DNA of 21,896 nt from Nanobdellati archaeon. GTDB lineage: Archaea > EX4484-52 > WAPT01. Below, one piece after another: positions 7,848-16,961 of this stretch; positions within the stretch are counted from its first letter, which is position 1, and each line of letters begins with the position of its first letter. Under the pieces are notes generated by a model. That model was not told where the DNA came from, searched no databases, and worked only from the letters and a program-made list of their open reading frames with translations. Position numbers and translations under genes: made by a program. The stretch is taken from the NCBI GenBank assembly GCA_015520605.1, contig WAPT01000017.1, positions 1 through 21,896 of the forward strand. Reading direction: 5' to 3'.

Positions 7848-8879
7848 TTATTTCAGAACCCTTTGTGTGTATTTGAGTCCCCTCAGATTGAGTTCAGCAC
7901 CACATCCGGGGCAGGTTGGAGGGTCAAAGCTTGCGAGATTTATGGCCTGTAACTCCATATATCCTCTTTCAATTACCAGTTCATTGCAGCTCGGACAGTA
8001 TGTGTTCAGCGCTTCTCTCACCATAACATTGCCAAGATAAACATATTTTATTCCCTCTTCCCTCGCAATCTCCTTTGCTCTCATCAACGTCCGCATTGGT
8101 GTGGGCGGCTCGTTTAGCATGTAGTCGGGATGATACCTTGTAAAGTGTAGCGGTATCTCGTCGCTTACGCTTGCAAGCCACTTGCACATCTCTCTTATCT
8201 CATCTTCGTTATCGTTTCTGTTGGGTATTATGAGGTAAGTGACCTCAACATGCATACCAAGCTTATGCAACAGTTCAACGGTTCTTTTTACCGGTTCAAC
8301 GCTTGGCGCCTTGCATATCTCTCTGTAAAACTCATCCCGAAAGGCCTTGACGTCAACGTTGACAGCATCGAGGTATTTTGCCGCCAGCTTTAATGGCTCC
8401 TCGTTTATGAACCCGTTGGTAACGAAAACGTTGTAAAGTCCCGCCTTTCTCGCAAGCTTCATTGTGTCGAGCGCGAATTCAAAGAACACCGTCGGCTCCG
8501 TGTAGGTATAAGAAATGCCCTGACATCCGGAGGAGATTGTCCTGTTCACAACCTCTTCGGGAGACATTTCAATACCCATTATTCTTGTGCTCTGTGAGAG
8601 TTCCCAGTTCTGGCAGTGCACGCAGTGGAAGTTACACCCGACGGTAGCGATGGAGAACGTGCGGGTTCCGGGAGCAAAATGATAGATTGGCTTCTTCTCT
8701 ATCGGATCGGCATGATAGGCTGCAACCCTACCATAAACGAGAGAGTATAATTTGCCGTTTATGTTCTTTCTTACACGGCAGTTTCCGACCTTTCCCTCCG
8801 GAATGATGCATCCAAATGGGCAGAGTTCGCACTTTACTGCATCATTTTCCTCCTTTTTCCAGAAAAGAGCCTCGTGCAT
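7848..8879 (-). CDS. amrS: AmmeMemoRadiSam system radical SAM enzyme (PflA-like family)
   Basis: CELCPFGC...GNCRVRKN, DPIEKKPIYHF, GCNFHCVHCQNW (CxxxCxxC), YTYTEP, FVTNG, LHFTRYHP, YVYLGNV, C-terminal CPSC/CPGC. Confidence 0.93.
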   Translation of the reverse strand: MHEALFWKKEENDAVKCELCPFGCIIPEGKVGNCRVRKNINGKLYSLVYGRVAAYHADPIEKKPIYHFAPGTRTFSIATVGCNFHCVHCQNWELSQSTRIMGIEMSPEEVVNRTISSGCQGISYTYTEPTVFFEFALDTMKLARKAGLYNVFVTNGFINEEPLKLAAKYLDAVNVDVKAFRDEFYREICKAPSVEPVKRTVELLHKLGMHVEVTYLIIPNRNDNEDEIREMCKWLASVSDEIPLHFTRYHPDYMLNEPPTPMRTLMRAKEIAREEGIKYVYLGNVMVREALNTYCPSCNELVIERGYMELQAINLASFDPPTCPGCGAELNLRGLKYTQRVLK

Positions 8880-8898
8880 GGGTTTTTATGGTTGAATT

Positions 8899-8943
8899 AA
8901 ATTTAAAAATAGCTGACCCTAACTCAGGGAAAATTTAAAAATA
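8899..8943. promoter_or_regulatory. Divergent promoter region with two identical 13-bp TATA-containing boxes
   Basis: AAATTTAAAAATA at 8899-8911 and 8931-8943; the first is about 23-30 nt from the amrS ATG. Confidence 0.5.
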
Positions 8944-8983
8944 TTGCTGTCAAAATTAATTTAACTACATAACGGTGGTAAAA

Positions 8984-10309
8984 ATGTTTGAAATGTTAAA
9001 ATTGTGCGATTATGAAAAGAAAAAGATTGCCAGAATTTTGACCGTGTTTGCTGGAATGATTATGTGTGTGACGTTCTTCGCTATGTGTTCTTCCTGTTCT
9101 TTTGCGCTACAGTTGAATATTCTCGATATAAGGATGCCGTCCGTAGTTGGAACCGGGACTTACACGTACGTTGATGTGGTCATAAAGAACGAAGGGGATA
9201 ACAAACTTTCCAACCTAACCGTGGAAGCCAGGTTTGGAAGCAAGGAGGGTATATCATCTCTTAAGGAAGTATTGCCCGGAGAGATCGCACAGATCAGGGT
9301 TGTCCTTGAAACTCCAGAAAAGGAAGGAGTGTATCCACTCACCATAAGTGTGAAGAAACGCGACGAAAATTTCGTATCAAAGGTTGTGTATGTCAGCGTC
9401 AGTCCTGTTGTCATAAAGTACGATTTGCCTCCTCAAGTTAGTGCTGGTGTGCCCTTTAAAGTGGAAGGGTATGTGTTTGTGGGCGACTCTCCGGCTGAGG
9501 GTTACGTTACAGTTTATGTGGATGGGAGTTATGCTTGTTCTTCAGAACTCGAAAAGGATGGAAAGTTTGAGTGTGTCGTTAGAGCTGACACCCCAGGATT
9601 GCACACAATGAAGATCAGCTATGAGAGAAACCACGTCACCACCGAGTTGTACGTGGTGGAGTGGAAAAATGGAAGAGAGAAAGGCAGATCACCAGAAAGC
9701 AAAAAAGAGAATATTAAAATGCCATTCTACGCCCTGCTATCGAGTAAAGAAGCGGATGTTGTGGCCGGTAATGGAAACATCGTGAGGTTATTCGTGTGGA
9801 GCGGTGAGCGATCAGGAGCGTTCAAAGTTGTTGTGGAAAACCAAAAGAGTTGCGCGAACATTTCAGAAATAATCGTTCCTGCTCCCGTAATTATGGGTGT
9901 TGGAGAGGAAAGGACTATGAGTATTTTTGTGAAGGGCATAACCCCGGGAGAGTGTGCTGTTAGGCTTGCGATCGAAGGGAACGACGAGAAGCTCTGGGAG
10001 GGGGATCTGAAAATAAGAGTTATGAGTCTGAGTGGTCAGTTCAAAGGTGAGGGTGCCATCGCCCCTTTTCAGCCGGGTGTGATGGGGATCGTATTGCTTT
10101 TTTCCGTTTCTGTTGCTGTTATACTCGTGTTTGTTATATCCGGGAAAAAAATAAAGAGGGATAGAAAGAAGATCACTGAGAGCGTTGCCGGGATAATCGG
10201 TACGTTAAGAGGTGAACGACTCAAACCCATCAAGCTGGATGCCGCTGTTAAAAAGAAAGTGAAGGACACTCAGATTTATGTTGCAAAGCCTGAGCAAGTG
10301 ATATATTAA
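8984..10309 (+). CDS. Cell-surface protein with CARDB/Ig-like domains and a C-terminal TM anchor
   Basis: N-terminal signal; VVIKNEGD...LPGE...TPEKEGVYPLTISV (CARDB-like); PGLHTMKI; TM GVMGIVLLFSVSVAVILVFVI followed by a basic tail. GGTGG SD favours ATG 8984. Confidence 0.8.
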   Translation: MFEMLKLCDYEKKKIARILTVFAGMIMCVTFFAMCSSCSFALQLNILDIRMPSVVGTGTYTYVDVVIKNEGDNKLSNLTVEARFGSKEGISSLKEVLPGEIAQIRVVLETPEKEGVYPLTISVKKRDENFVSKVVYVSVSPVVIKYDLPPQVSAGVPFKVEGYVFVGDSPAEGYVTVYVDGSYACSSELEKDGKFECVVRADTPGLHTMKISYERNHVTTELYVVEWKNGREKGRSPESKKENIKMPFYALLSSKEADVVAGNGNIVRLFVWSGERSGAFKVVVENQKSCANISEIIVPAPVIMGVGEERTMSIFVKGITPGECAVRLAIEGNDEKLWEGDLKIRVMSLSGQFKGEGAIAPFQPGVMGIVLLFSVSVAVILVFVISGKKIKRDRKKITESVAGIIGTLRGERLKPIKLDAAVKKKVKDTQIYVAKPEQVIY

Positions 10310-10387
10310 AATTAAATATATTAAAATTTTGCTGATATTCCAATCATTCAGTTATTACAAAAATTTGAAACTTAAAGGTGATGTTTT

Positions 10388-12355
10388 TTGATAAGGAGAT
10401 GTAGAAGCGATTCAAAAAGTTCAATGAACCTTACCACATATTTCGTGAGTTTTGTTTTTGTCCTTGCATTCGTGCTGATAACGCTGATGACATCCGCTGG
10501 TTTTGCATCGGCTCCGGATGTCGAATTCACACTTGCAACTCAAAGTATTAATCTGTGTCCATGTTCAACAAGCGTGGTTATAGGTAAGCTCATCAACAGC
10601 GAAAACACCAAAATCGAGACCAAAATAACCACCAATTATCCCTGGGCGATGGTGGCTCCCGATACCACTGTGCTTCATGAAATGAGCATGGAGCATGTTT
10701 ACATTTACATAACTCCTCCATGCGATCTTCAGCCCGGTACTTATGACGTGAAGGTAAGGGTTGAGGGTAAAGATGAAAGCGGATCCACCTTCACAGCGGA
10801 AAAAATCATAGAGGTTTATGTTCTTCCCTGTCACATAATAAGCATAGAGAGTGGCACATCCATAATAAAGGGATGTTATGGCGACACCAGAGTCATAAGT
10901 GTGAAAGTCAAAAATAGCGGAATAACCAGAGAAAATGTTAAACTTAAAGTAAAAGGTGGGTATGCAAACGTCAATGAGTTCGAAATAGCTCCGGGTGAAG
11001 AAAAAAACGTTATGGTCTCAGTCCCAATAAGGGAAAATGTCGACATGGTCAGGATCATTGCGAAGTCCACCACTTCCTATGCTGAAGCTCAGAAAGACAT
11101 TCAGGTAATGGGAAAGTCCTGTTACGCCCAAGAGGTTAGTGTGGTTGAAGTCCCGAAATATGTTTGTGCCGGCAGAGAGGCTGTGGTTAAAATACGGGTT
11201 AGAAATACCGGAACCGCAAAGGATCTTTTTATTGCGGAAGCCGATGACGGTAACATCACACCAGCCGAATTTGAACTGGATCCGGGAGAGAGTAGAATTG
11301 TGGAGTGGAGATTCGAGGCGAGGTCTCCTGGAGAGATTGTAAGGAGTTTCAGGATTATGAGCAAGGCGGGAATTGCAAGCAAAGAGGTCAGGGTTGCGAT
11401 AAAGGACTGTGGGGGTGTCGCAACGATAATCATACCTGAAACGCGTGAAATCTGCGCCGACGAGACTGCGAAATTCCTAGTCAGTGTCAAGAACATCGGT
11501 GTTGAAAAAGAGACCGTACGGTTGAAGGCCAGCGCAGGAATGCTCGCATCTCAGGAGTTTACCCTCGCTCCGGAGGAGGTTAAAATCACAACCCTAAAGG
11601 TTGTGGGGTCGGATCTCAAAGTTGGGAACAACACGGTCGTGGTTGTTGCCGAGGACAGCAGGGAGGATAAAGCTAATGTGAAAATCCACGTGGACTCTCT
11701 CGAAGAATGCTACGATTTTGCTGTAGATGCTGTGGGGAATAATGTAATGAGGATCAGTGCAGGCAACGCCACCATGTTTAGAATAAAGGTGGTGAACAGA
11801 GGCCTAAGAAAGCAAAATTTTACAGTGTATCTGAAAGCTCCTTCGTGGGTTGACCTCACGCCAACAAAATTCACCCTGGAACGCGGTGAATCCAGATATT
11901 TGTATCTCCACATAGCACCGCCATACAACACCACCATGAACATCTATCCGGCAAAGGTGATTATAAGGAACAGTAAGGGGTTTGAAAAAAGCTTGATAAC
12001 TTATATTGTTGTCGGAAACGTGAGCGAGAGTTTGATTCAGCTCCTGACAAGCCTTTCATCACCTTACAAAAATGCGGAAAAAACCACGACATCCATCAAA
12101 AAATCTCTGAAAAAAACGACCACATCATCAACCGCACGCTCTCTTCGCAGGGTTTTCATATCATTGATCATCGCTTTGGTGATTACCGGGATGCTGTTCC
12201 TCCTGTCGGAGCTAAGGGAAAGGTGGGAAAAAAAGGAAAAGGTAATGGAAAATACCGGGAAAGGGACTGCAGTAGAAAAGAAAAAAGAAGAGAGGGAAAG
12301 ACAGAAAGCTGATAGAGATATGGAAGAGATAAGAAAAATCTTGGAGAGTATATGA
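10388..12355 (+). CDS. Cell-surface protein with about five tandem Ig-like (COG1470/NEW3/CARDB-like) repeats, T/S linker, C-terminal TM and charged tail
   Basis: Recurring VxNxG...FxLxPGE units; TM VFISLIIALVITGMLFLL; GGTGA SD 6 nt before TTG 10388 (ATG 10424 is an alternative). Confidence 0.85.
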   Translation: MIRRCRSDSKSSMNLTTYFVSFVFVLAFVLITLMTSAGFASAPDVEFTLATQSINLCPCSTSVVIGKLINSENTKIETKITTNYPWAMVAPDTTVLHEMSMEHVYIYITPPCDLQPGTYDVKVRVEGKDESGSTFTAEKIIEVYVLPCHIISIESGTSIIKGCYGDTRVISVKVKNSGITRENVKLKVKGGYANVNEFEIAPGEEKNVMVSVPIRENVDMVRIIAKSTTSYAEAQKDIQVMGKSCYAQEVSVVEVPKYVCAGREAVVKIRVRNTGTAKDLFIAEADDGNITPAEFELDPGESRIVEWRFEARSPGEIVRSFRIMSKAGIASKEVRVAIKDCGGVATIIIPETREICADETAKFLVSVKNIGVEKETVRLKASAGMLASQEFTLAPEEVKITTLKVVGSDLKVGNNTVVVVAEDSREDKANVKIHVDSLEECYDFAVDAVGNNVMRISAGNATMFRIKVVNRGLRKQNFTVYLKAPSWVDLTPTKFTLERGESRYLYLHIAPPYNTTMNIYPAKVIIRNSKGFEKSLITYIVVGNVSESLIQLLTSLSSPYKNAEKTTTSIKKSLKKTTTSSTARSLRRVFISLIIALVITGMLFLLSELRERWEKKEKVMENTGKGTAVEKKKEERERQKADRDMEEIRKILESI

Positions 12356-12372
12356 AGGTTTAAAGATATGCA

Positions 12373-13665
12373 TCAAAAATCAAGCAGGCTACTCTGTCCC
12401 TTTGTTTTTCCTTTCGGGTTCTCACCTATCCATCCGGAAGCATTATTTTCGTATTCATCGTGAGATTCATCAAGCGTGATTTTCCCGTAAACTCCATCAT
12501 AACCCGGCACTACTTTCATCTCCTGTCTTCTGTTCTTTATTATGAGCCTGACAAGCGCCTCGTCTTTTATAACGTCCTTTAGCTTCTGCTCATCAACATA
12601 AAGAAGGACGTTAAATTCGTTGCCAAAAGCGCTGACTATTTCGAAGTATTTTGCCATAACTTGTTTAGTGTTCACGGATGTGTTGTAGTGAAGCCCTATG
12701 AGTTCAGCAAGCGGTACCAGCCTTATAAAGTCAACAGCGCTGCGTGGCTTCGCATTCTCCTCCCTGTCTGCGAGCTCCTCCACCCTGTGAAGCACTCCGA
12801 CTGTTAGCTTTTTCCCGCAGACCGGACAGATGTTGTTTCTTGCCATGGCTTGCTTGGGGTGCATGACCACCCCGCATTTTCTGTGGCCATCGTAGTGGTA
12901 CTTACCCTCCTCCGGATAGAACTCAACTGTGAAAAGAAATCCCCTTCTTGTTTTTATTACCCTGAAGAGCTCGTCGTAAGATAGTTCCTTCAGCTCAAAG
13001 ACGTTACACTCCCTTCCTATTCTCCACGGCCAGTAGCTGTGGCTGTCGCTGTTTGAAATGAGGGATATGTTATCAAGCTTTGAAACGCGCCAGTTCATTG
13101 CAGGATCGCTACTTAATCCCGTTTCTATGGCAAAAATTTCTTTGTATTTATCCTCAAACGCTCCCTCCATGCTATCAAAACCGGATTTTGAGCCAAAAAC
13201 ACCGAACCACGGGGTCCAGGCATGAGCTGGAATAATGTGCACTCTTTGATCGATTTCCTTGAGAAGTTCAACCATTTCAGCACAGCTCAAGTTTAAAGTG
13301 GGTCTTCCGTCCTGCTTCAGGTCTCCAAACCTTGAGAGCACATCGTTTACCTGCTCGGCAACCTCAAAACCTGGAACGAAAATAAGGTTGTGGATCGCTC
13401 TCTTCTTTCCTTCCCTCACAAAGACATTGTTCACTTCAGTCTGCAAAACAAAACAAAATTCGGAATCCGTTCTGAGTATTCCGGTATCGTCTTCCCTGAG
13501 GTTCTGTTTGAGTTCCTCAAGCCATGCTGGGTGTGTGAAGTCTCCCGTGCCAAGGAGGTTCAGACCCTTAATCCGGGCATACTTTTCAAGGTTCTTTATG
13601 CTCATGCCTTTGCTTGTACCCCTGCTGTATTTTGAATGGATGTGAAGGTCCGCAAACACCTTCAT
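12373..13665 (-). CDS. endoQ: Endonuclease Q (PHP-domain damaged-base DNA repair endonuclease with Zn finger and C-terminal PIP box)
   Basis: DLHIHSKYS, GTGDFTHP, PAHAWTP, ETGLSSD, SNSDSHS, GRE, GKYHYDGHRKC, CPVCG, GVLHRV, PGYDGVYG, terminal QSSLLDF. Confidence 0.92.
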   Translation of the reverse strand: MKVFADLHIHSKYSRGTSKGMSIKNLEKYARIKGLNLLGTGDFTHPAWLEELKQNLREDDTGILRTDSEFCFVLQTEVNNVFVREGKKRAIHNLIFVPGFEVAEQVNDVLSRFGDLKQDGRPTLNLSCAEMVELLKEIDQRVHIIPAHAWTPWFGVFGSKSGFDSMEGAFEDKYKEIFAIETGLSSDPAMNWRVSKLDNISLISNSDSHSYWPWRIGRECNVFELKELSYDELFRVIKTRRGFLFTVEFYPEEGKYHYDGHRKCGVVMHPKQAMARNNICPVCGKKLTVGVLHRVEELADREENAKPRSAVDFIRLVPLAELIGLHYNTSVNTKQVMAKYFEIVSAFGNEFNVLLYVDEQKLKDVIKDEALVRLIIKNRRQEMKVVPGYDGVYGKITLDESHDEYENNASGWIGENPKGKTKGQSSLLDF

Positions 13666-13955
13666 AAGAATACTCGCGCATACAAAAATCTAAATAACTA
13701 TCCCATTGAAAACACACCTCCCTCCACAAAAGCAAAGGCAAGACATCATGCACAATATAACATTCCGTGATGTGTTCCTTTGTCCTAAGTTGCCGAGGTC
13801 GTTAAATGATCTGATGCAAAGGATAAAGATTATAACATCATTAACTTTGTAAAAAAGAGTAAATTCTGGTACCATTCGTACCGTATTATAGAATATAGTC
13901 GGAGTTATCAAGGGTACGGTTCTTTCTTTTCGGAAGACTGGAAGTGTGCTTTAAT

Positions 13956-14870
13956 TTAGATCCCTGTGGGAATGCCTTCCTTTCCCTCAACTTGCAGGGT
14001 TGTCTGGACGTCCTGATAGTATTGATATCTGAGAGTTATAACGAGGTCGGCTGTCAACACGGGGGATGACAGGTCTGAGGGTAGTGAACACGAAACCGTG
14101 ATATCCTCAGATTTTCCCTGAGACAGATATATGTCAAAGTTTTTCTCGCAGCTGATTCCTGCAGAAGGTATACTGAGGCTCAGGTAAAGTTTGTTGAAAC
14201 TGCTTATCTCGCTTTTTCCATCGCACGGTCCCACATACCCAGAACCTGTGTTAGTTATGTGTAATTTGAGCACGAGCTTTCCGTCGCTGACCACAACAGG
14301 CTGTGTGTTCTCCACACTCACCCGAACGGGAGCATTGGAGTTCTCAATGGTGATCGGCTCCTCCCGTATCCCTTGATTCGCCATTCTTCTGAGATATTCA
14401 TTCTCGTTCATCAACAGCACCTTACCATAGGCTTTAGTTTCGTAGGGATAACATATCCTCGCCATTATATTGTACGAAAACACTTGGCCTGGAGGTAAAT
14501 CGCCAACAAACGTCAGCTTCCAGTATTCTGTCACCTCGCCTCCCGGTGTTCCCAAAGACTCATCTGCGGCCTCCAGACCAAAGGTAACTGGAGTATTTGG
14601 AACGATTCTAAAATCGCTAAGATCCACACCATAGATTATTATTTTTCCATTATTTATCGTTATGGTCCCCGAATTCTTTAAGGTGAGGAACAGTAAGGCC
14701 GTTTGTCCTTCGTATATCTTGTTGGGCTTCACAGAAAATTCCTTGATCACAACCCCTGTTCCTGCTAAATTTGTAACTTTCCCCACAGCTTGGATTTTAC
14801 CGGGCCCCACACATCCCGCGATTAGAACCAACAAAATCGGAATTACAGTTAGCATGTCTTTTTTTCTCAT
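13956..14870 (-). CDS. Putative lipoprotein, paralog 4 of the array
   Basis: MRKK, hydrophobic stretch, IAG-C20-VG; shared motifs LKNSG, ARICYPYET, NAPVRV, ITNTGSG, VSC, YQYY; TAATG coupling to the upstream gene. Confidence 0.88.
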   Translation of the reverse strand: MRKKDMLTVIPILLVLIAGCVGPGKIQAVGKVTNLAGTGVVIKEFSVKPNKIYEGQTALLFLTLKNSGTITINNGKIIIYGVDLSDFRIVPNTPVTFGLEAADESLGTPGGEVTEYWKLTFVGDLPPGQVFSYNIMARICYPYETKAYGKVLLMNENEYLRRMANQGIREEPITIENSNAPVRVSVENTQPVVVSDGKLVLKLHITNTGSGYVGPCDGKSEISSFNKLYLSLSIPSAGISCEKNFDIYLSQGKSEDITVSCSLPSDLSSPVLTADLVITLRYQYYQDVQTTLQVEGKEGIPTGI

Positions 14871-15748
14871 TATTCCCCACCCATAACGGTAAATACTGTA
14901 CTTCGGGTAACATAATATGTGTATGTCGCGATCGCTTTCAAAGTCAACTGGATTTTCGGAACATTAGAAGGAATGTTTTCTATAGTGCATTCGATGGTCG
15001 CTTCACTATTGGATAAATAAATGTCGGAATTCCTGATACATCTAACACTTCCTATGCTGGATTCCAAGATGAATCTTTTTATTCTGTTGGTGTTTTCAAA
15101 TGAAGGTGTGGCTTTTGAGGGGGTGCAGTCGGAACTTGCGGGAAATCCGTCGCCAATATTTTTTATTCTGAAGACCACATATAACTTTCCCTTGGAGGTG
15201 TAATACTTCGGAGCACCAACCATTTCTATGGAAATCGGCGATGTAGTTTGAGTTGAGCGTTTCATGAAAACATTTCCTCGCGTAACTAAAGACTCTTCAC
15301 GTGAGTAGACCACTACCGTTGCGAGGTAAATGGAACGGTAATCGTAGCATGTCCGGACGTACAAAGTATATTGCTGTTTCGTCCTTTCGGGTATGTCCGC
15401 ATTTGCTCGAAGTTCTTCAACTATCGTTTTTCTTTCTCCTGGAATGTCATTAACAGGATCCGCTGGGTTCAGCTCAAAACTCTCATGAATGGGATTAAGC
15501 CATGCCGGGCCATATACATATAGATATCCCGATGTTTTGTAGGTCCCGTCGTTTTCCAGATCAACTCTGAGAGTAAAATCATCACCCTTGAAAACTTCTC
15601 TCGGGACGATATCCACGGAATTCATCACCACGCCATCGACCGATGTTGCGGTCGCAGAATGTGATGAGATAGAACCACCTCTGCCGACACAGCCCAAGGT
15701 AAGTAGAAGCGCAAAAAAAATAATGGATACTCTTTTTCTCACCCACAC
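14870..15748 (-). CDS. Putative lipoprotein, paralog 3 of the array
   Basis: RKR, hydrophobic stretch, TLG-C20-VG; LENDG, VRTCYDYRS, TSPISI, IKNIGDG, IEC, YTYY. Confidence 0.88.
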   Translation of the reverse strand: MWVRKRVSIIFFALLLTLGCVGRGGSISSHSATATSVDGVVMNSVDIVPREVFKGDDFTLRVDLENDGTYKTSGYLYVYGPAWLNPIHESFELNPADPVNDIPGERKTIVEELRANADIPERTKQQYTLYVRTCYDYRSIYLATVVVYSREESLVTRGNVFMKRSTQTTSPISIEMVGAPKYYTSKGKLYVVFRIKNIGDGFPASSDCTPSKATPSFENTNRIKRFILESSIGSVRCIRNSDIYLSNSEATIECTIENIPSNVPKIQLTLKAIATYTYYVTRSTVFTVMGGE

Positions 15749-15780
15749 ACCACCTTGAAAATTAACAGGATAAGTCCGGT

Positions 15781-16743
15781 CTAACTCTGATCGGTATCCG
15801 TCATTGAATCCATAACGGTGATTCTGGTAGAGCTTGTTACATAATAGTTATAAAACGCTGTTGCCACGATATCGTATTCAGTTTTTGGTGCGCTTCCCTC
15901 GAAAGCATATGAACAGTAAAGTGTGCCCTCACCATTTCTCAGTCTTACAATACCATCCCCACAATCAATTAGTTTTCCGTCGATGGTGACCACCACTTTT
16001 ACCTTGCCTCTCTCCCTCACATCAGGATCCACAGTACAGCGGTAATCACGGGTTGTGGGGAAACCACCGCCAACATTTGTGATCTTGAACACAAGAGGTA
16101 TCTGGTTTCTTGATGGTCTGATGTTCGGTGTGCCAATAAGGGAAATGTGAATGGGGCCTGCAGAGTTCCTTATTGCTCCCTCGCTTTTTTCTGGGCCCTC
16201 GTACCGCAATTCATTCGAAGAGGTTACTGTTATCTTTGCTATCATTGTTGTTGAATACGGATAGCAGAGTCTCGCATAAAAGGTGTAATCGTTTGTCATT
16301 CCCTCAGGGAGATTGGGAGGCTCCATTTCCACATAAAACATCTTCAACGTACCCGGAATCCCCATCTCCGGATCCGGAGGTAAGAATTCTTCATTAGACA
16401 AAGAAAGGGTCATGAACTCATTTGTATCATCGACTGTGAACTCTCCCGGATTGGAAACGTACCACTCCTCTCCCTTTTTTGATTTATCTGTGGTCATGGG
16501 AGTTCCATAAATATATACTGTTGTGTTTCCCGGAATCCGTTTTGCTCCCACATTTTCTATCGATAAAGATAGCGTCGTGCTCTCATCATCATAAATCTTA
16601 TTCATGTCGAAGGAAAAATCCTTTATTACCGCCCCCTCTGTCATGGAATAGGATGTTGTATTGCTCCCACCGCCAACACATCCAGAAATAACCACAACTA
16701 TGGCAATTACCATAAGCAAACATGCGAGTTTTTTTATTTTCAT
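15781..16743 (-). CDS. Putative lipoprotein, paralog 2 of the array
   Basis: MKIKK, hydrophobic stretch, ISG-C22-VG; IENVG, ARLCYPYST, SAGPIHI, ITNVGGG, LYC, YNYY; GGTGA SD. Confidence 0.9.
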   Translation of the reverse strand: MKIKKLACLLMVIAIVVVISGCVGGGSNTTSYSMTEGAVIKDFSFDMNKIYDDESTTLSLSIENVGAKRIPGNTTVYIYGTPMTTDKSKKGEEWYVSNPGEFTVDDTNEFMTLSLSNEEFLPPDPEMGIPGTLKMFYVEMEPPNLPEGMTNDYTFYARLCYPYSTTMIAKITVTSSNELRYEGPEKSEGAIRNSAGPIHISLIGTPNIRPSRNQIPLVFKITNVGGGFPTTRDYRCTVDPDVRERGKVKVVVTIDGKLIDCGDGIVRLRNGEGTLYCSYAFEGSAPKTEYDIVATAFYNYYVTSSTRITVMDSMTDTDQS

Positions 16744-16803
16744 TTAGACTCACCTATGGTGAATGGAGATATGGGCTTCGTAATATATTGTGTTTTCTGA
16801 AAA

Positions 16804-16823
16804 AGTAATATTTAAATATTACT
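16804..16823. promoter_or_regulatory. Perfect 20-bp palindrome centred on a TATA-like box upstream of lipoprotein paralogs 2-4
   Basis: AGTAATATTT|AAATATTACT. Confidence 0.6.
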
Positions 16824-16961
16824 CTTGAGGTACACCACCCCCGTATTCTTTGTCGATCAGAAATTCTCTATAAAAACCGAAAAACTCAAACCTCATACAT
16901 TTCTGACGAAAACCTGTAAATTACAGGATTCTCTGTTTTTAAAATTTAAACACTGACACCA

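Noticed and set aside
10301-10328. ATATATTAAAATT direct repeat (10301-10313 and 10316-10328)
   Set aside because: It is a pure A/T low-complexity sequence at a gene end, so chance or ordinary promoter/terminator sequence explains it.
4147-15783. Genome-wide TAG reassignment (prompted by ATG-TAG at 7313)
   Set aside because: TAG terminates the wHTH gene (4147) and paralog 2 (15781) at positions matching their expected C-termini, and no conserved gene here is interrupted by TAG.
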